A DNA stretch of 64,000 bases from Paraspadella gotoi (lineage: Eukaryota; Animalia; Chaetognatha). The translations under genes and the position numbers were made by a program. The DNA is taken from assembly GCA_051294375.1 (NCBI GenBank), contig CM119265.1, positions 14,856,963 through 14,920,962 on the forward strand, written 5' to 3'. The notes under the pieces were generated by a model. The model saw only the letters and a list, made by a program, of their open reading frames with translations. It searched no databases and was not told where the DNA came from. Below, one piece after another: positions 15,501-28,244 of this stretch. How positions within the stretch are numbered: position 1 is the stretch's first letter; each line of letters starts with the position of its first letter.

Positions 15501-17700
15501 GATTTACACCTTAATCAGTTCCTTCTATATTCGTGCAAATCAATCGTCGAGGTCAAGTCTGTATTACTCGATTTGCGCAATATATTTACTCCGTAACGAT
15601 TTCTCGCTCGTCCAGTTCATCTGGCTAATAATAGATTCCTAGCTTAATTGTGATTTTCTCGATTAGCTAGTCTCATATAAACAACACAGAAATCGGAAAT
15701 ATGGGAAGATCAAACTTAAAACCTCTCGAATATAATTGTCTCTAAATATCTCGTAAATTAACTTGACATATTTAATTATATCAATTGAGTAATAAGTATA
15801 AATATTAATTTTTAAGTAAAGTGACTTTTGTCCGAGATTTACAATAATCTCGAGCTAGATCGGTTCGTGGGATGCTTCTCGATCCCTCTCATTCAGTGTG
15901 TGTGTAATAGTGAGTCAAGAAAAGAACATTGTGAATTACGCACACAAGAATTAGAGGAATATATTGAACTCAATGAAACTTTGTCTAAATAATTGTGAGT
16001 AAAAAAAAAAGAAAGCTCTCATATCTAGTTATATAAATATAACCAGTGCGCCACATGCTTTACGAATGCATCTACCCCGCGCGCCGCAAATCTCTCCCTC
16101 CGCCTCTACCCTTTCGTCCCTTACATGCTCCCCAAAACTGTCTCCGCTCGATTGCTCTTTTATGTTATATATTCGAACCGACAGTGAATTAATAACCAAG
16201 ATTTTCATGCGCGTCATACTGCCATGACACACATCGCGCGCCTTCGATGTATGGAGGTGCGTTTTGCGCACGCGATAGTGACGAAAAGCTATTTATGTTC
16301 CTCTTCTCAATTACATATGCGTGAGAGACATACAGAGTTTGTTTCAATCAATTAGACGCGGTCTCTGGCAAGAAACATCTAGTTTACTGGTTGAAGTCAC
16401 TTTAAGTGAAACAATTTCACGCAAAATGGATCTAATTCACTTTACCTATGATCATATGATATTTAAAATAAGATAAGAAATAAGTAAAGAACTGTATAAC
16501 TGCAGGAAACTAATAGTATATTTTTCAGGAGCCCTTTTCTAGTATTCTAAGAAAGTCACGCGCGTACAATATTTCCTGTTAGCAATTCAGACTTAATAGT
16601 AATGATATGTTTGAATCTGCTGAATGCAAAATTACTCCTATATAATTTGATAGAAACGCAATTTCTGGGATAAACTAATCGGTGATTGTGCAAACACACA
16701 CAATAAGCACATGTCCTTAGAAATTAGAGGTTCTCATACTTTACACGAATTTACAAATTCAACCTCTCAGTATCCTTCCAGCTAACACGCGTCTTCAGTC
16801 GGTGTTATCAGAGCTCTCACATATATTTAAATAACCATGGCATTTGAATAAGTTCAACTGGATACCTGCAAATGTTTCTATTTCAATCACGTTTATAGCC
16901 GTTATAAGCATACGTTATTCAGATTCTCACTGATTAATATGCTTTACCAAGAAAAAAACTTATCGTGTTCAAAAAGCCGCTCCTTACTATTTCAGTTTAC
17001 TTTCTTATCGCCACCAACCACCGTCCTTAACACGTCCATCTGCATCTACACCTCGGTGCGCCCACCATTCCGGTTGTTCCGGCGCTGTCACAATAGTCGA
17101 TGATCCAGCAGTGTGCGTCGCTTCAGCGGCATTGCCCTGAAATTTGTCACCGTCCTGGGGAGACTTGGGAGGGGATAGAGTTAGGGGAGAGGGGCGCCAG
17201 GGGAATGTCGGATGTGACGTAAGTTGGGAGAAGGGCAGACAGAAGGGGAATGAGGGACGATTGATTCACGTCGCGCGCAAAGTAGAAGAGGAAATTTTCA
17301 CAGGGGTGCAGGGGCGTGAAATGGCTCTCTGATGCGATGGGGGAATTATGCTGCGGTTACACACTCTCCTGCCAGGGGTTTTTTTCGTGGGCGTATCGGG
17401 ACCAGCTTAGCGCGAGATGGGCGACCGATTTTTAGCTTTTGTTAAATAAAATAAAGGTAGGAAAGAATATTTGTAGCGTAAAGCAGAAGGAGGAAAAAAA
17501 TGAAGAAGAATAGATATGAAAAATGAATTCCATGAGCTCATATAAAAAAATAAATTCAACAGACACGAAGTGGCGATTTCACTGAGATTAAATTAATTCA
17601 TAAGCAAATAAAAGGCTGTATCCTCGATTATAGTACCTTGGATTCAGTAGCTATATATCTATTTCATATTTTTGTAAGTGCGTAGTAACAATTTTTGATG
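12550..17700. other. Insertion-rich noisy copies of 17800-19400 in both orientations (probable uncorrected reads)
   Basis: 'gtgacactgagagccaggga(t)tgcgtttgggtg' at ~13347 and ~17897. 'ttgacgagatctata' at ~14392 and ~18469. ~17100-17175 is a noisy reverse complement of 19240-19303. The block follows a 25-N gap. Confidence 0.7.
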
Positions 17701-18908
17701 CACATATATATATGTCTTATAAAGCGTGGTCTTATAGAATATAAATAAATATCTCTCTATATATATTTGAAGATTCTCTTCTGATCTTCCTTGTGTCGGC
17801 AAAGGGAGTAATGGGGTCCGAGTGAAGACTGAAGACCGAGTGGAGAACGCGAGTGTGAAGAAAAATGGGCGTGGCAATGGGTTCGTGAGGAGCGAAGTGA
17901 CACTGAGAGCCAGGGATGCGTTTGGGTGAAAGAGCCGAAAGTTCTTAAGGGATTTCTCTGTATTCTAGTATGATCTATTTAACGAAACAGAAATGATCTC
18001 AGGTTAAAGTTTTCAATGTATAAATTGACAAAAAAAAAACACTCTCGCCTAGAAGAACGGTTTCTCCTTGGTTTTTCAGAAGTGGATCGTTTGAGAAAAA
18101 AGCGACTCCAACTACTTTAATATGCAAATGAGATTAAGACGCTTTTCGAGAGTCGAAGAAAAGTTTTTGCATCAATTGACTTGAAGAGGTAATTCTGAAT
18201 CGGGAGACCATCTCGACGTCTGGAGGAATGAGATGGATGGAAAGGAAGAAGGAGGGAAGGAAGAAATGACGCGACGAAGGAATGAAGAAAAGAAGAAATA
18301 AAAGAAGAAAGAAAAGAAACAGAGTCGGATGAGAACTGATTCGTTTTAACTTATATATATTTATTAGTTACGTTACTTAAAATCATATAGGCGAGATGAA
18401 TTGTCGAATGTCAAACAATAATACCTTCTTTTTATCTCTATGTTGAATTTCCTATACTTTATCTATTATTGACGAGATCTATATCTCAGAACAGCTTTTT
18501 TTTTTCATTTTTAGTACAAAGTCTTCGAATTAGGTATTAAGCTAAATCTAACATTTAATTCCGTCGCCCAATCTTCATGCAAAAAAAAAAAANNNNNNNN
18601 NNNNNNNNNNNNNNNNNNNNNNNNNNNNNNNNNNNNNNNNNNNNNNNNNNNNNNNNNNNNNNNNNNNNNNNNNNNNNNNNNNNNNNNNNNNNNNNNNNNN
18701 NNNNNNNNNNNNNNNNNNNNNNNNNNNNNNNNNNNNNNNNNNNNNNNNNNNNNNNNNNCGCCCCCCTTTCCCGAAGTTTCCTCGATTCCGTTTTGTGACA
18801 AATGAGTCGCTGATCCCGACGACGTCACCTTTTGTCGCCTGACGACTGACGGCGCCGAGCTTCGCCTGGATCACGTGGTTCCGTGAAGTTTGGTCACGTG
18901 ATCGGAAG

Positions 18909-20689
18909 CAATGGTCATCTCGATTAATCTATTCTACTTTGATCCTTCAATCAATGAACATAAACATTAAACAGTAATTTTTTTTTACTTAAATTGTTAT
19001 GCTCACGAAAATAAAACCTGAATCCACTCGCGTCCCTCTCAATGACTCCATCTTTTTTTTTTTTATCGAATTCATCATCTCTGTTCCTCATTTCCTCTAC
19101 CTTTCCCTTTCCCGTTTTTTCTACTTTCCCCATCTCCCTCCCCCCTCCCCTTCCCCTTTCTCTTCCCTCCCCTTCCCCCTCTCTCTTCCCCTCCCCTTCC
19201 CCCTCTCTCTTTCCCCTTCCCCCTTCCCCCTCTCTCTTCCCTCCCAATCTCTCCAGAGCGGTGACAATTTTAAAGGCAATTCGGCTGAGCGACGCACTGG
19301 ATCTCGACTTGACACCACGGAAAACGCGATGGTGGCGGGTGCGCTAGAGTTGCGGTGGTATAAGGACGCGTGGTGGTGGCGATGAATCTGAATAGATAAG
19401 CTTGAACTCGATAGCTTTTTCTGATCTCATCTCTTTTTTNNNNNNNNNNNNNNNNNNNNNNNNNNNNNNNNNNNNNNNNNNNNNNNNNNNNNNNNNNNNN
19501 NNNNNNNNNNNNNNNNNNNNNNNNNNNNNNNNNNNNNNNNNNNNNNNNNNNNNNNNNNNNNNNNNNNNNNNNNNNNNNNNNNNNNNNNNNNNNNNNNNNN
19601 NNNNNNNNNNNNNNNNNNNNNNNNNNNNNNNNNNNNNNNNNNNNNNNNNNNNNNNNNNNNNNNNNNNNNNNNNNNNNNNNNNNNNNNNNNNNNNNNNNNN
19701 NNNNNNNNNNNNNNNNNNNNNNNNNNNNNNNNNNNNNNNNNNNNNNNNNNNNNNNNNNNNNNNNNNNNNNNNNNNNNNNNNNNNNNNNNNNNNNNNNNNN
19801 NNNNNNNNNNNNNNNNNNNNNNNNNNNNNNNNNNNNNNNNNNNNNNNNNNNNNNNNNNNNNNNNNNNNNNNNNNNNNNNNNNNNNNNNNNNNNNNNNNNN
19901 NNNNNNNNNNNNNNNNNNNNNNNNNNNNNNNNNNNNNNNNNNNNNNNNNNNNNNNNNNNNNNNNNNNNNNNNNNNNNNNNNNNNNNNNNNNNNNNNNNNN
20001 NNNNNNNNNNNNNNNNNNNNNNNNNNNNNNNNNNNNNNNNNNNNNNNNNNNNNNNNNNNNNNNNNNNNNNNNNNNNNNNNNNNNNNNNNNNNNNNNNNNN
20101 NNNNNNNNNNNNNNNNNNNNNNNNNNNNNNNNNNNNNNNNNNNNNNNNNNNNNNNNNNNNNNNNNNNNNNNNNNNNNNNNNNNNNNNNNNNNNNNNNNNN
20201 NNNNNNNNNNNNNNNNNNNNNNNNNNNNNNNNNNNNNNNNNNNNNNNNGATCAATGCCGATTCCAGATGCTGATTACGATTACATAGTTTTTTTCCCATA
20301 GATATGCTACAAGAACAAATGATTTCTAAAAGAATGTAAAGACAAGAATTAAATTAATGATAGATTCGTTTCTGTTTTCGTCTCTGAGTCAGCGAGACGT
20401 ACACCTTAGCTTAATCGCTAAATAGTAACAAGAATGTAAAAAGCAATCCATGAACCTTGTGAAAACAGATTGTGATCGTCATAATCGTCGTCGTCGTCGT
20501 CGTCCACGCCCACCAACGCCTTCTATCGCCACATCCAACGCTGCCGATTCCACTTTGGTTTGTCCAGTCCATTACGCGCTTGGAATTGGCTCTTTCCTGA
20601 TCAGCCAACCCCCTCGCTGAATGGTGCGCCTCTCTCTCTCTCTAGAGAGAAGAGAGAGAGAATGAGATCGAGAGAGAGAGAGAGAGAAC

Positions 20690-20724
<35 letters not shown>

Positions 20725-21661
20725 GAGCCCACCATTCAGCGAGGGGGTTGGCTGTTCAGCGAAAGATCAATTTCCAAGCGCCGCTACATTGGACTGGACA
20801 AACCAAAGTGGAATCGGCAGCGTTGGATGTGGCGGATTTAGAAGGCTGGTTGAGTGGGCGTGGACGACGACGACGACGACCGATTATGACGATCACATTC
20901 TGTTATTCACAAGGATTCATGGATATGCTTTTTACATTCTTGTTACTATTTAACGCGATTAACGCTAAGGTGTACGTCTCGCTGGACTTCAGAGACGAAA
21001 ACAGAAACGAATCTATCATTAATTAATTCTGTGTCTTTCACATTCTTTAGAAATCATCTTGTTCCTTAGGAGTATATTCTATGGAAAAAAAAACTTGTAA
21101 TCGTAATCAGCATCAGGAATCGGCATTGATCAATGGTCATCTCGATTAATCTATTCTACTTTGATCCTTCAATCAATGAACATAAACATTAAACAGTAAT
21201 TTTTTTTTACTTAAATTGTTATGCTCACGAAAATAAAACCTGAATCCACTCGCGTCCCTCTCAATGACTCCATCTTTTTTTTTTTTATCGAATTCATCAT
21301 CTCTGTTCCTCATTTCCTCTACCTTTCCCTTTCCCGTTTTTTCTACTTTCCCCATCTCCCTCCCCCCTCCCCTTCCCCTTTCTCTTCCCTCCCCTTCCCC
21401 CTCTCTCTTCCCCTCCCCTTCCCCCTCTCTCTTTCCCCTTCCCCCTTCCCCCTCTCTCTTCCCTCCCAATCTCTCCAGAGCGGTGACAATTTTAAAGGCA
21501 ATTCGGCTGAGCGACGCACTGGATCTCGACTTGACACCACGGAAAACGCGATGGTGGCGGGTGCGCTAGAGTTGCGGTGGTATAAGGACGCGTGGTGGTG
21601 GCGATGAATCTGAATAGATAAGCTTGAACTCGATAGCTTTTTCTGATCTCATCTCTTTTTT
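18909..21661. repeat. Apparently identical 531-bp direct duplication (18909-19439 and 21131-21661), each copy ending at an N gap
   Basis: Both copies start 'caatggtcatctcgatt' and end 'tcatctctttttt' before Ns. The ORF track gives identical peptides for both copies. Confidence 0.9.
20249..21131. repeat. About 390-bp inverted-repeat arms around a CT/AG microsatellite spacer
   Basis: 'gatcaatgccgattcc..atgctgattacgattaca' at 20249 is the reverse complement of 'tgtaatcgtaatcagcatcaggaatcggcattgatc' ending at 21131. The match continues inward to 'cagccaaccccctcgctgaatggtg' / 'caccattcagcgagggggttggctg'. Confidence 0.85.
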
Positions 21662-22759
21662 NNNNNNNNNNNNNNNNNNNNNNNNNCCCATTGCGCTTTG
21701 CTACGCGTCCGCGAAAATATATAGTACTAATAAGTAGTTTTCGCTTTTAGCAAATAAAGATGTAGTGTCCATTTCAAATCGGAGAACCTCTCAACGATTT
21801 CCTAACAAACAAACATCGTCGTCGAGTAAGAAAGTAAGACGACGACGAGGACGACGAAAATGACGACGACACTCCCGACCGTGAAAGAGAATGATAGATA
21901 TTCCTCGTCTCCCTACAAGACCAAGAAATGGGATGATGGTGGATGGAGAGAAGAGAAAGCATCCGTAATCGTCATTGTCATCTTCGCCGTCGTCGTCGTC
22001 GTCGTCGTCGTCTTCGTGGTCTTGAGTGGAGGAGGATGAAGATCGGCTCGTTGATGATGTCATCAATGGAGAGCGGACAATCTCATCGTTGGTGTCTCGC
22101 GACGATTGTCCGTCATCAGCGAAGATGGCGTCTGCGGAATCAGCGGTTCGTTCGCTGTTCCGGAACTCTGGAGATGAGCGAGGTTTAGTGACGGTGGGAG
22201 AGAGCAGAGCGCGTTGACGAGAGATAGATGACGAGAAGAGAGAGAGAGAACGATGAGAGAAGAGGAGGATGAGATCTGTAGATGAGAGAGAATAATGATC
22301 GGAGGAGGAGACGGAGACTTCGAGAGAGAGAGATACAAATAACATATTGAGCAAACAATGTCGGGATCTGCTACGATATACATAATTAATTAATTATGAA
22401 TCGATTTAAATTAATTAATTAATTAATTTTAATATGTAATAATTAATTTAAATTTATATTCAACTTATCAGATCAATCGATGTCCTTAAAATTGGGTAGG
22501 AACAGTTATTAAACTATGTTTTGTATACATTTTAATCAAAAACAAGACAAATATCCTCTATTTTATTTTTATGTCTCCTTCTCTCTCTCTCTCTCAGCTC
22601 TCTCTCTCTCTCTCTTTTTTTCTGGGCAATGCGTGGACGATCTTATGCTTTTCAGATTTTTTTTAACTTGCATCATTTTTTTCACATTAATTAAATAATA
22701 AAATAATTCATTAAATTAATTAAAAACATTTATTAGTAATCTATTAATATTAAAGATTC

Positions 22760-23269
22760 AAGTAAATGTGACTTATGTTTTTTCCATCTAAAACTCATTT
22801 CCTTGGCACAATTTCTTCGTCAACTTTATTTTATATTATTAGTATATTTAAGTAAAATTTTAAAAGCTGTCATGGCAAACAACCCCAGATGAACGTAATT
22901 CAAAAAGTTATATTGAACACGATTTAGTAGTAAAAGGGAAAAGAAAGAAAAAATTTAAAGAGAACTAGAGTTATAAAAAAGTGTTCGAATTGGCCCGCCT
23001 ACTTAGATATTAGGTCCTTACTAGATTATTGCGCATGTGGATTGAAACAATGGTTACGGAATAATGAATTTATCAATTTATGTATTTTGTAAAGTTATTT
23101 TAAGTATTTTTATTCAGTGAGTACAACCTTTTTTATTCGCTAATTTTTATCTCGGACTCCTCTTTTCTATCTTTCTCCTCTCTCTCTCTCTCTTCTCTCT
23201 CTCTTCTTTGCATGCGACGATCCTTTATGTCATCTTTCTTGTGCTCTCTCCTCTTCTCGTCATCTGCTC

Positions 23270-23300
<31 letters not shown>

Positions 23301-25020
23301 TTGGCAATTGCGACGATCCTTATGCTGTTAGGATTTTTTAACTTGTATCATTTTTCTGCCTTCAAAGTATGTGACTTGGTTTTTTTCCATTTAAACTCAT
23401 TTCCACTGGCACCAATCCGTCAAAACTTTATATCTACAGCTTTTTCACACACTTTCCTACCCGCTCCACACAAAATTCTCTCAATCTAATTATGGGTTTA
23501 AAATAAGTTTAATAAAGAATTCAAATAAATGTGACTTCATATTTTTTTAATTTAAACTCATGTTCCACGTCGTACGTTTCCAACCGAAACTTTATATCAA
23601 GCACGGATACAAACATTTTCTACCACACAAAAAATTTGAACTCAATGCTTATCCTCCAATTAATGACTAATTAGTAAAGTACTTATTGGTTAAAATAAGT
23701 AAAAGTTTTAGTAAATGCAGACTTAATGTTTTTTCCACAATTTAACTACCATTTCCTCACCACGATTCCTTTCGAAGACTTTATATCCAGCTTAATCACT
23801 ACACTTCCGTACCCACACTACAAAAATTTCATTTCAAATCCAACAGCCAATCACGAGTTATTGGAGCTTTTTTGCTAGGTGGGGATGGGGCGGATGGACG
23901 GCATTGTATTGACTGATTAATTAATTATTGATTAATTAATTGACACTACATTGATTAATTAACTGATTAATTATTGTGACTTATCTAATACATTCTGCAT
24001 ATACATTTATATAAAGGAAAAGAAGCATAATCAATTAGTGAAACAGGTTTTTTGTTTTTTTCCATTTAAACTTCATTTCCACTCAAAAGATTCCATCGAA
24101 ACTTGGTTTCCCTGTTTCATCACACACTTTTCTACGTCACATACAAAAATGTCCACGGTCATCGATAATAGTGAATAAGCTATCTTGGTCAACTTGCATA
24201 ATTAATCAACTTGCATTAATTGGTCAACTGACATAATGTTGGTTAACTGACATAATTTGGTCTACTGACATAAATTGGTCAAATGACATATTTGGAATCA
24301 ACTGACATAATTTGAGTCAATAAGATTAAATTTGGTCAACCGGCATAATTGGTTAACTGGCATAATTTTATCAACCTAGCCTAAATTTGGTCAACAGGCA
24401 TATTTGGGTCAGCTTCGCCAAAAACTTGATTAACTTGCAGAATTTGAGTTCAACTGGCATAATTTGGTTACATTAGCATAATTTGGTCAAATCCAATCAA
24501 TCATCATCTAGAGAAGAGAGAAACTTTAAAAAAATTCAAATAATGTGTCTTTTGGTTTCTAATTGGAACTCTTTCACTCCTACGGTATTCCATAACAAAA
24601 ATTTTTAATCCCAGCTTTAATCACATTACTTTCCTACCCACACACAATTCAATTTCGATTTATCTATCCAATTTTTAATAACACAAAATAATATGAGTAA
24701 ATTTAAGTACAAATATCTTCAAGTAAAAAATATGATTTTGTTTTTTCCATCTTTAACTCATTTCCACTCGCACGATTCCATCGAAACTATTATATCCGGC
24801 TCAATCACACACTTTTCCTACCATCATCAAAATTTCAAGTCAATTGCACTATCCACTCTCATGAGGCAATTGGCGGTTCAAATAGTGAAATATATTTTTT
24901 TGTTTTTCCAATTTAAAACCAATTTACCTCGCACGATTCCCTAATCGAAACTTGCATATCCTCTCAATCCACACAGTTTCGCTTACCCACACACACAAAA
25001 TTCATACCAATCCATCCATC
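22760..25020. repeat. Degenerate satellite of about 8 units (core ~130 bp, spacing ~170-190 bp or more)
   Basis: Recurrent core 'gtgactt..tttttccatttaaactcatttccactc..cacgattcc..cgaaactt.tatcc..tcacacactttcctaccc.acacaaaatt' near 22767, 23370, 23530, 23720, 24045, 24545, 24735 and 24895. Confidence 0.7.
24185..24492. repeat. 19-21-bp minisatellite (consensus ttggtcaactg[a/g]cataatt), about 15 copies
   Basis: Directly visible tandem array embedded in the larger satellite. Confidence 0.85.
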
Positions 25021-25328
25021 CAATCAGCGGTAATTGGAGTTTTTTGCATTTAGACGAGCGGAACGGACGGACGGACGGACGACGGCGACAGACAGTACGG
25101 GACGGACGGACATCATTTTTTTGGCAATTTTATCATAATTCGATGTTCTGACATGATAATAAGCTGTGTGCCCCGACAATACTGAGGGGGCGGACCGACG
25201 GACCGAAGAAAGAGTTATAGAGTCGGATCTGCTGATAAGCAGATCCGGACTAAAAACATTCGTCAAAAAGTAAGAAAATTGTACAAGCATCGACTTAGTT
25301 TCAACGGAAACAATCACACTCAATTCTC

Positions 25329-25380
<52 letters not shown>

Positions 25381-26005
25381 TCTCTCCTCCTCTCTCTCTC
25401 TCTCTCCCGTCTCCTAACGAGAAGAGACAAAAGTCTTTTTTCTTCTCCTCTCCATCTTCACCCTTCTGTCATCAACAGTTTGATTGACACCTGAGATCAT
25501 GAGGATCCAAAGGAGACAGATTCTCGTTCGGGAATCGCGGAGTGGATGAGAGAGAGAGAGAGAGAGGGAGAGAAGAGGAGGAGAGAGAGAGAGAGAGAAG
25601 GATGAGAGAGAGAGAGAGGAGAAGAGAGGAGAGAGGAGATTGACGAAAAAACGATTCCCAAACTCGACCTCCTGATCCAAGACTCAGAATGAAATGCCAT
25701 TTGCTATATCCATTTCCGACTCGATACGTGTGAGTACGACGACGACAACGACGACATAGCAAACGGTGACGCAATCATCTTGAGCCTCTAACTGCGAAAA
25801 TCAGGCAAATTTCTACGAAGACCAAAAACTTGAAGGTAACGATTCGATCTGCCCCTCTTCACCCAGTCTCCCTTCGGAACGCCATCATCGTTGGCGCCGA
25901 CCAACGCCGGTCCGCGCGGCGCCGCTGCCCATCCACGAGATTCCATTGTCCGTCTTCGCGATGACATCGACGCGACGTAATCCATTTTGGTCTTTTATGA
26001 TGTAG

Positions 26006-28244
26006 TCTATTGTGAGAACAACATTTGGAGGAACAACAAAGGGCGCGTCGCGATTGAAGGTGGCGGCGGAGACTGCGGGGACGACCACGGAGTCGATGGC
26101 AAAGGCGGCAGAGGGCGGCGGCGGCGGCGGCGGCAAAGGAGCTCGGGTTCTCAGCAAAATGTATTCGTCATTTGTTGAGGGTATCATTCTTTTCTATTAA
26201 TGGAGTGAGAGGCTTTTAACGATCGAGATCCGAGCTAGTGTCTGATCCAGTCATTTCATAACTCCTCATTTCTTTCCATTTCTGTTGAACAGTGTTCACT
26301 GTTCGCTGTTCATTGTTCGCTGGCCAATGTTCACCGTTCATTGGTATCCCTTCTTAGGAAATCCTCCAATCACTTCCCATTCCTTCATTCTAATCCTCCG
26401 CCAATCCTTTTACCCTACCTTTTACCTTCCCTTTCCCCCCCCNNNNNNNNNNNNNNNNNNNNNNNNNNNNNNNNNNNNNNNNNNNNNNNNNNNNNNNNNN
26501 NNNNNNNNNNNNNNNNNNNNNNNNNNNNNNNNNNNNNNNNNNNNNNNNNNNNNNNNNNNNNNNNNNNNNNNNNNNNNNNNNNNNNNNNNNNNNNNNNNNN
26601 NNNNNNNNNNNNNNNNNNNNNNNNNNNNNNNNNNNNNNNNNNNNNNNNNNTTCTTTTTCTTTCATTCTCCTTTCTTTTTTTTTACGGCGAAAAATCTGAA
26701 GCACAATGAATTGGTCCGTCCTTAACTTGTTGGAAATCTTATTTTATTTTATTTCATTTTATTCGTTACGAATTTTGTGACCAAAAAGTTAGTTTTTTTT
26801 TTTAAATGTATCTTGAAATTGTTAAATTTTTTTTTTCTTTTAGTTTCAAGATTCAAACAGAGAAGAAGAATGAAAATGTTTAAAGGCAACGACGACAACA
26901 ACGACAACAACAACGACAACAACGATAACGAGAAGGAAAACACCAAAAAAGCTGTCGACAAAAGAATAAGAAAAACACAAAGTCTTTGTCTTTGCGAGAT
27001 GAAGTCGACTTAGGTTAGGAAAAGAAAGATCGAAGGGAAGCAAAGAAAGAAAATAAAAAGAAAGAGAAAAAAAAGAAGAAATTCCTCGGGGAAAATCAGG
27101 GGCGAGAATCCGGAATCACTGTCCATTCGAGGAAAGAAAAGGAAGAGATTGAAGGAAAGGGAAAAAAAGGNNNNNNNNNNNNNNNNNNNNNNNNNNNNNN
27201 NNNNNNNNNNNNNNNNNNNNNNNNNNNNNNNNNNNNNNNNNNNNNNNNNNNNNNNNNNNNNNNNNNNNNNNNNNNNNNNNNNNNNNNNNNNNNNNNNNNN
27301 NNNNNNNNNNNNNNNNNNNNNNNNNNNNNNNNNNNNNNNNNNNNNNNNNNNNNNNNNNNNNNNNNNNNNNNNNNNNNNNNNNNNNNNNNNNNNNNNNNNN
27401 NNNNGTTTATATCATTGATAACCACAGAGAACTTTAGGTTTTTCTTTATTTTTCGTGTTGTCAAAGAAAACGGCATCACCGACCGATTTTTTTTAAAACT
27501 GACTCCAACAAAAACTCGACCCAAATAAAAAAAAAAGAGCGAAAATGAAATCTCGATTTTTCATTTTTTTTCCTTCGCAAATAACGACAACGATGACGAC
27601 GACGACGACGACGACGAGGTGTGAAATTGGTAGACGCACTTGATCTAATTCCGTCGCCCTCGTCGTCGTCTTTGTCGTCGTCGTCGTCATCTTCGTCGTC
27701 GCTTCCCCCTCGTGATCCAGATTAACGCTTTTGCTTTTTCATCCGCAGATTTGGACGACAACATCGACTTCAATCAGACCTCACCTTCGTCAAGTGAGCT
27801 CGTTTCCCATCAGGCCCCCGGAACCCCATTTTACGCAGACTCAAACTTACCGACTCTATATAAGATAATATTAACAAAGATGGGTCACTTTAACCTAATA
27901 AGTTTGTTGGTAACTTTAGACATTCACCATTTAATCGACCACAGGATTTTAAACCCAAACCTTTCGTTCGTCGAACACTGCCAAATCTCAAACCCAGACA
28001 CCCCAATAACGAAAGACTCTGTCCATCACTCCCTCACACCCCCCCCCTTTTAAAACTCCCCCGTCACTGCAATCGACCCTCTTCTCGTTTCCTCCTCCTG
28101 TCAAGAACTTTGGCGAGAGCAAAAAAATCATTCGCAGGTGCGGTCCGGCCGCCGCCGCCGCCGCCGCCGCCGCCAACAACACCGTTGCCCGCAGCCGCCA
28201 ACGCCATTGCGGATTCTGAAGCGGGGACTTATTTCTGTCGTTGA
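26006..28244 (+). CDS. 3' exons of an unidentified low-complexity protein (partial model)
   Basis: Three phase-compatible GT-AG exons (26006-26180, 27749-27793, 28138-28244) give SIVRTTFGG...GGGGGGGKGARVLSKMYSSFVE|DLDDNIDFNQTSPSS|SAVRPPPPPPPPTTPLPAAANAIADSEAGTYFCR*. No recognisable domain. Two N gaps lie in the first intron, and upstream exons would fall in noisy sequence. Confidence 0.4.

Noticed and set aside
18899-18910. GATCGGAAG resembling an Illumina adapter
   Set aside because: Only 9 nt match and the sequence diverges before the AGC of the adapter.
19402-20301. 299-aa and 290-aa ORFs
   Set aside because: They run through N gaps (X residues).
24185-24492. Possible CRISPR-like array
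   Set aside because: Repeats are head-to-tail with no unique spacers, there are no cas genes, and the context is eukaryotic.
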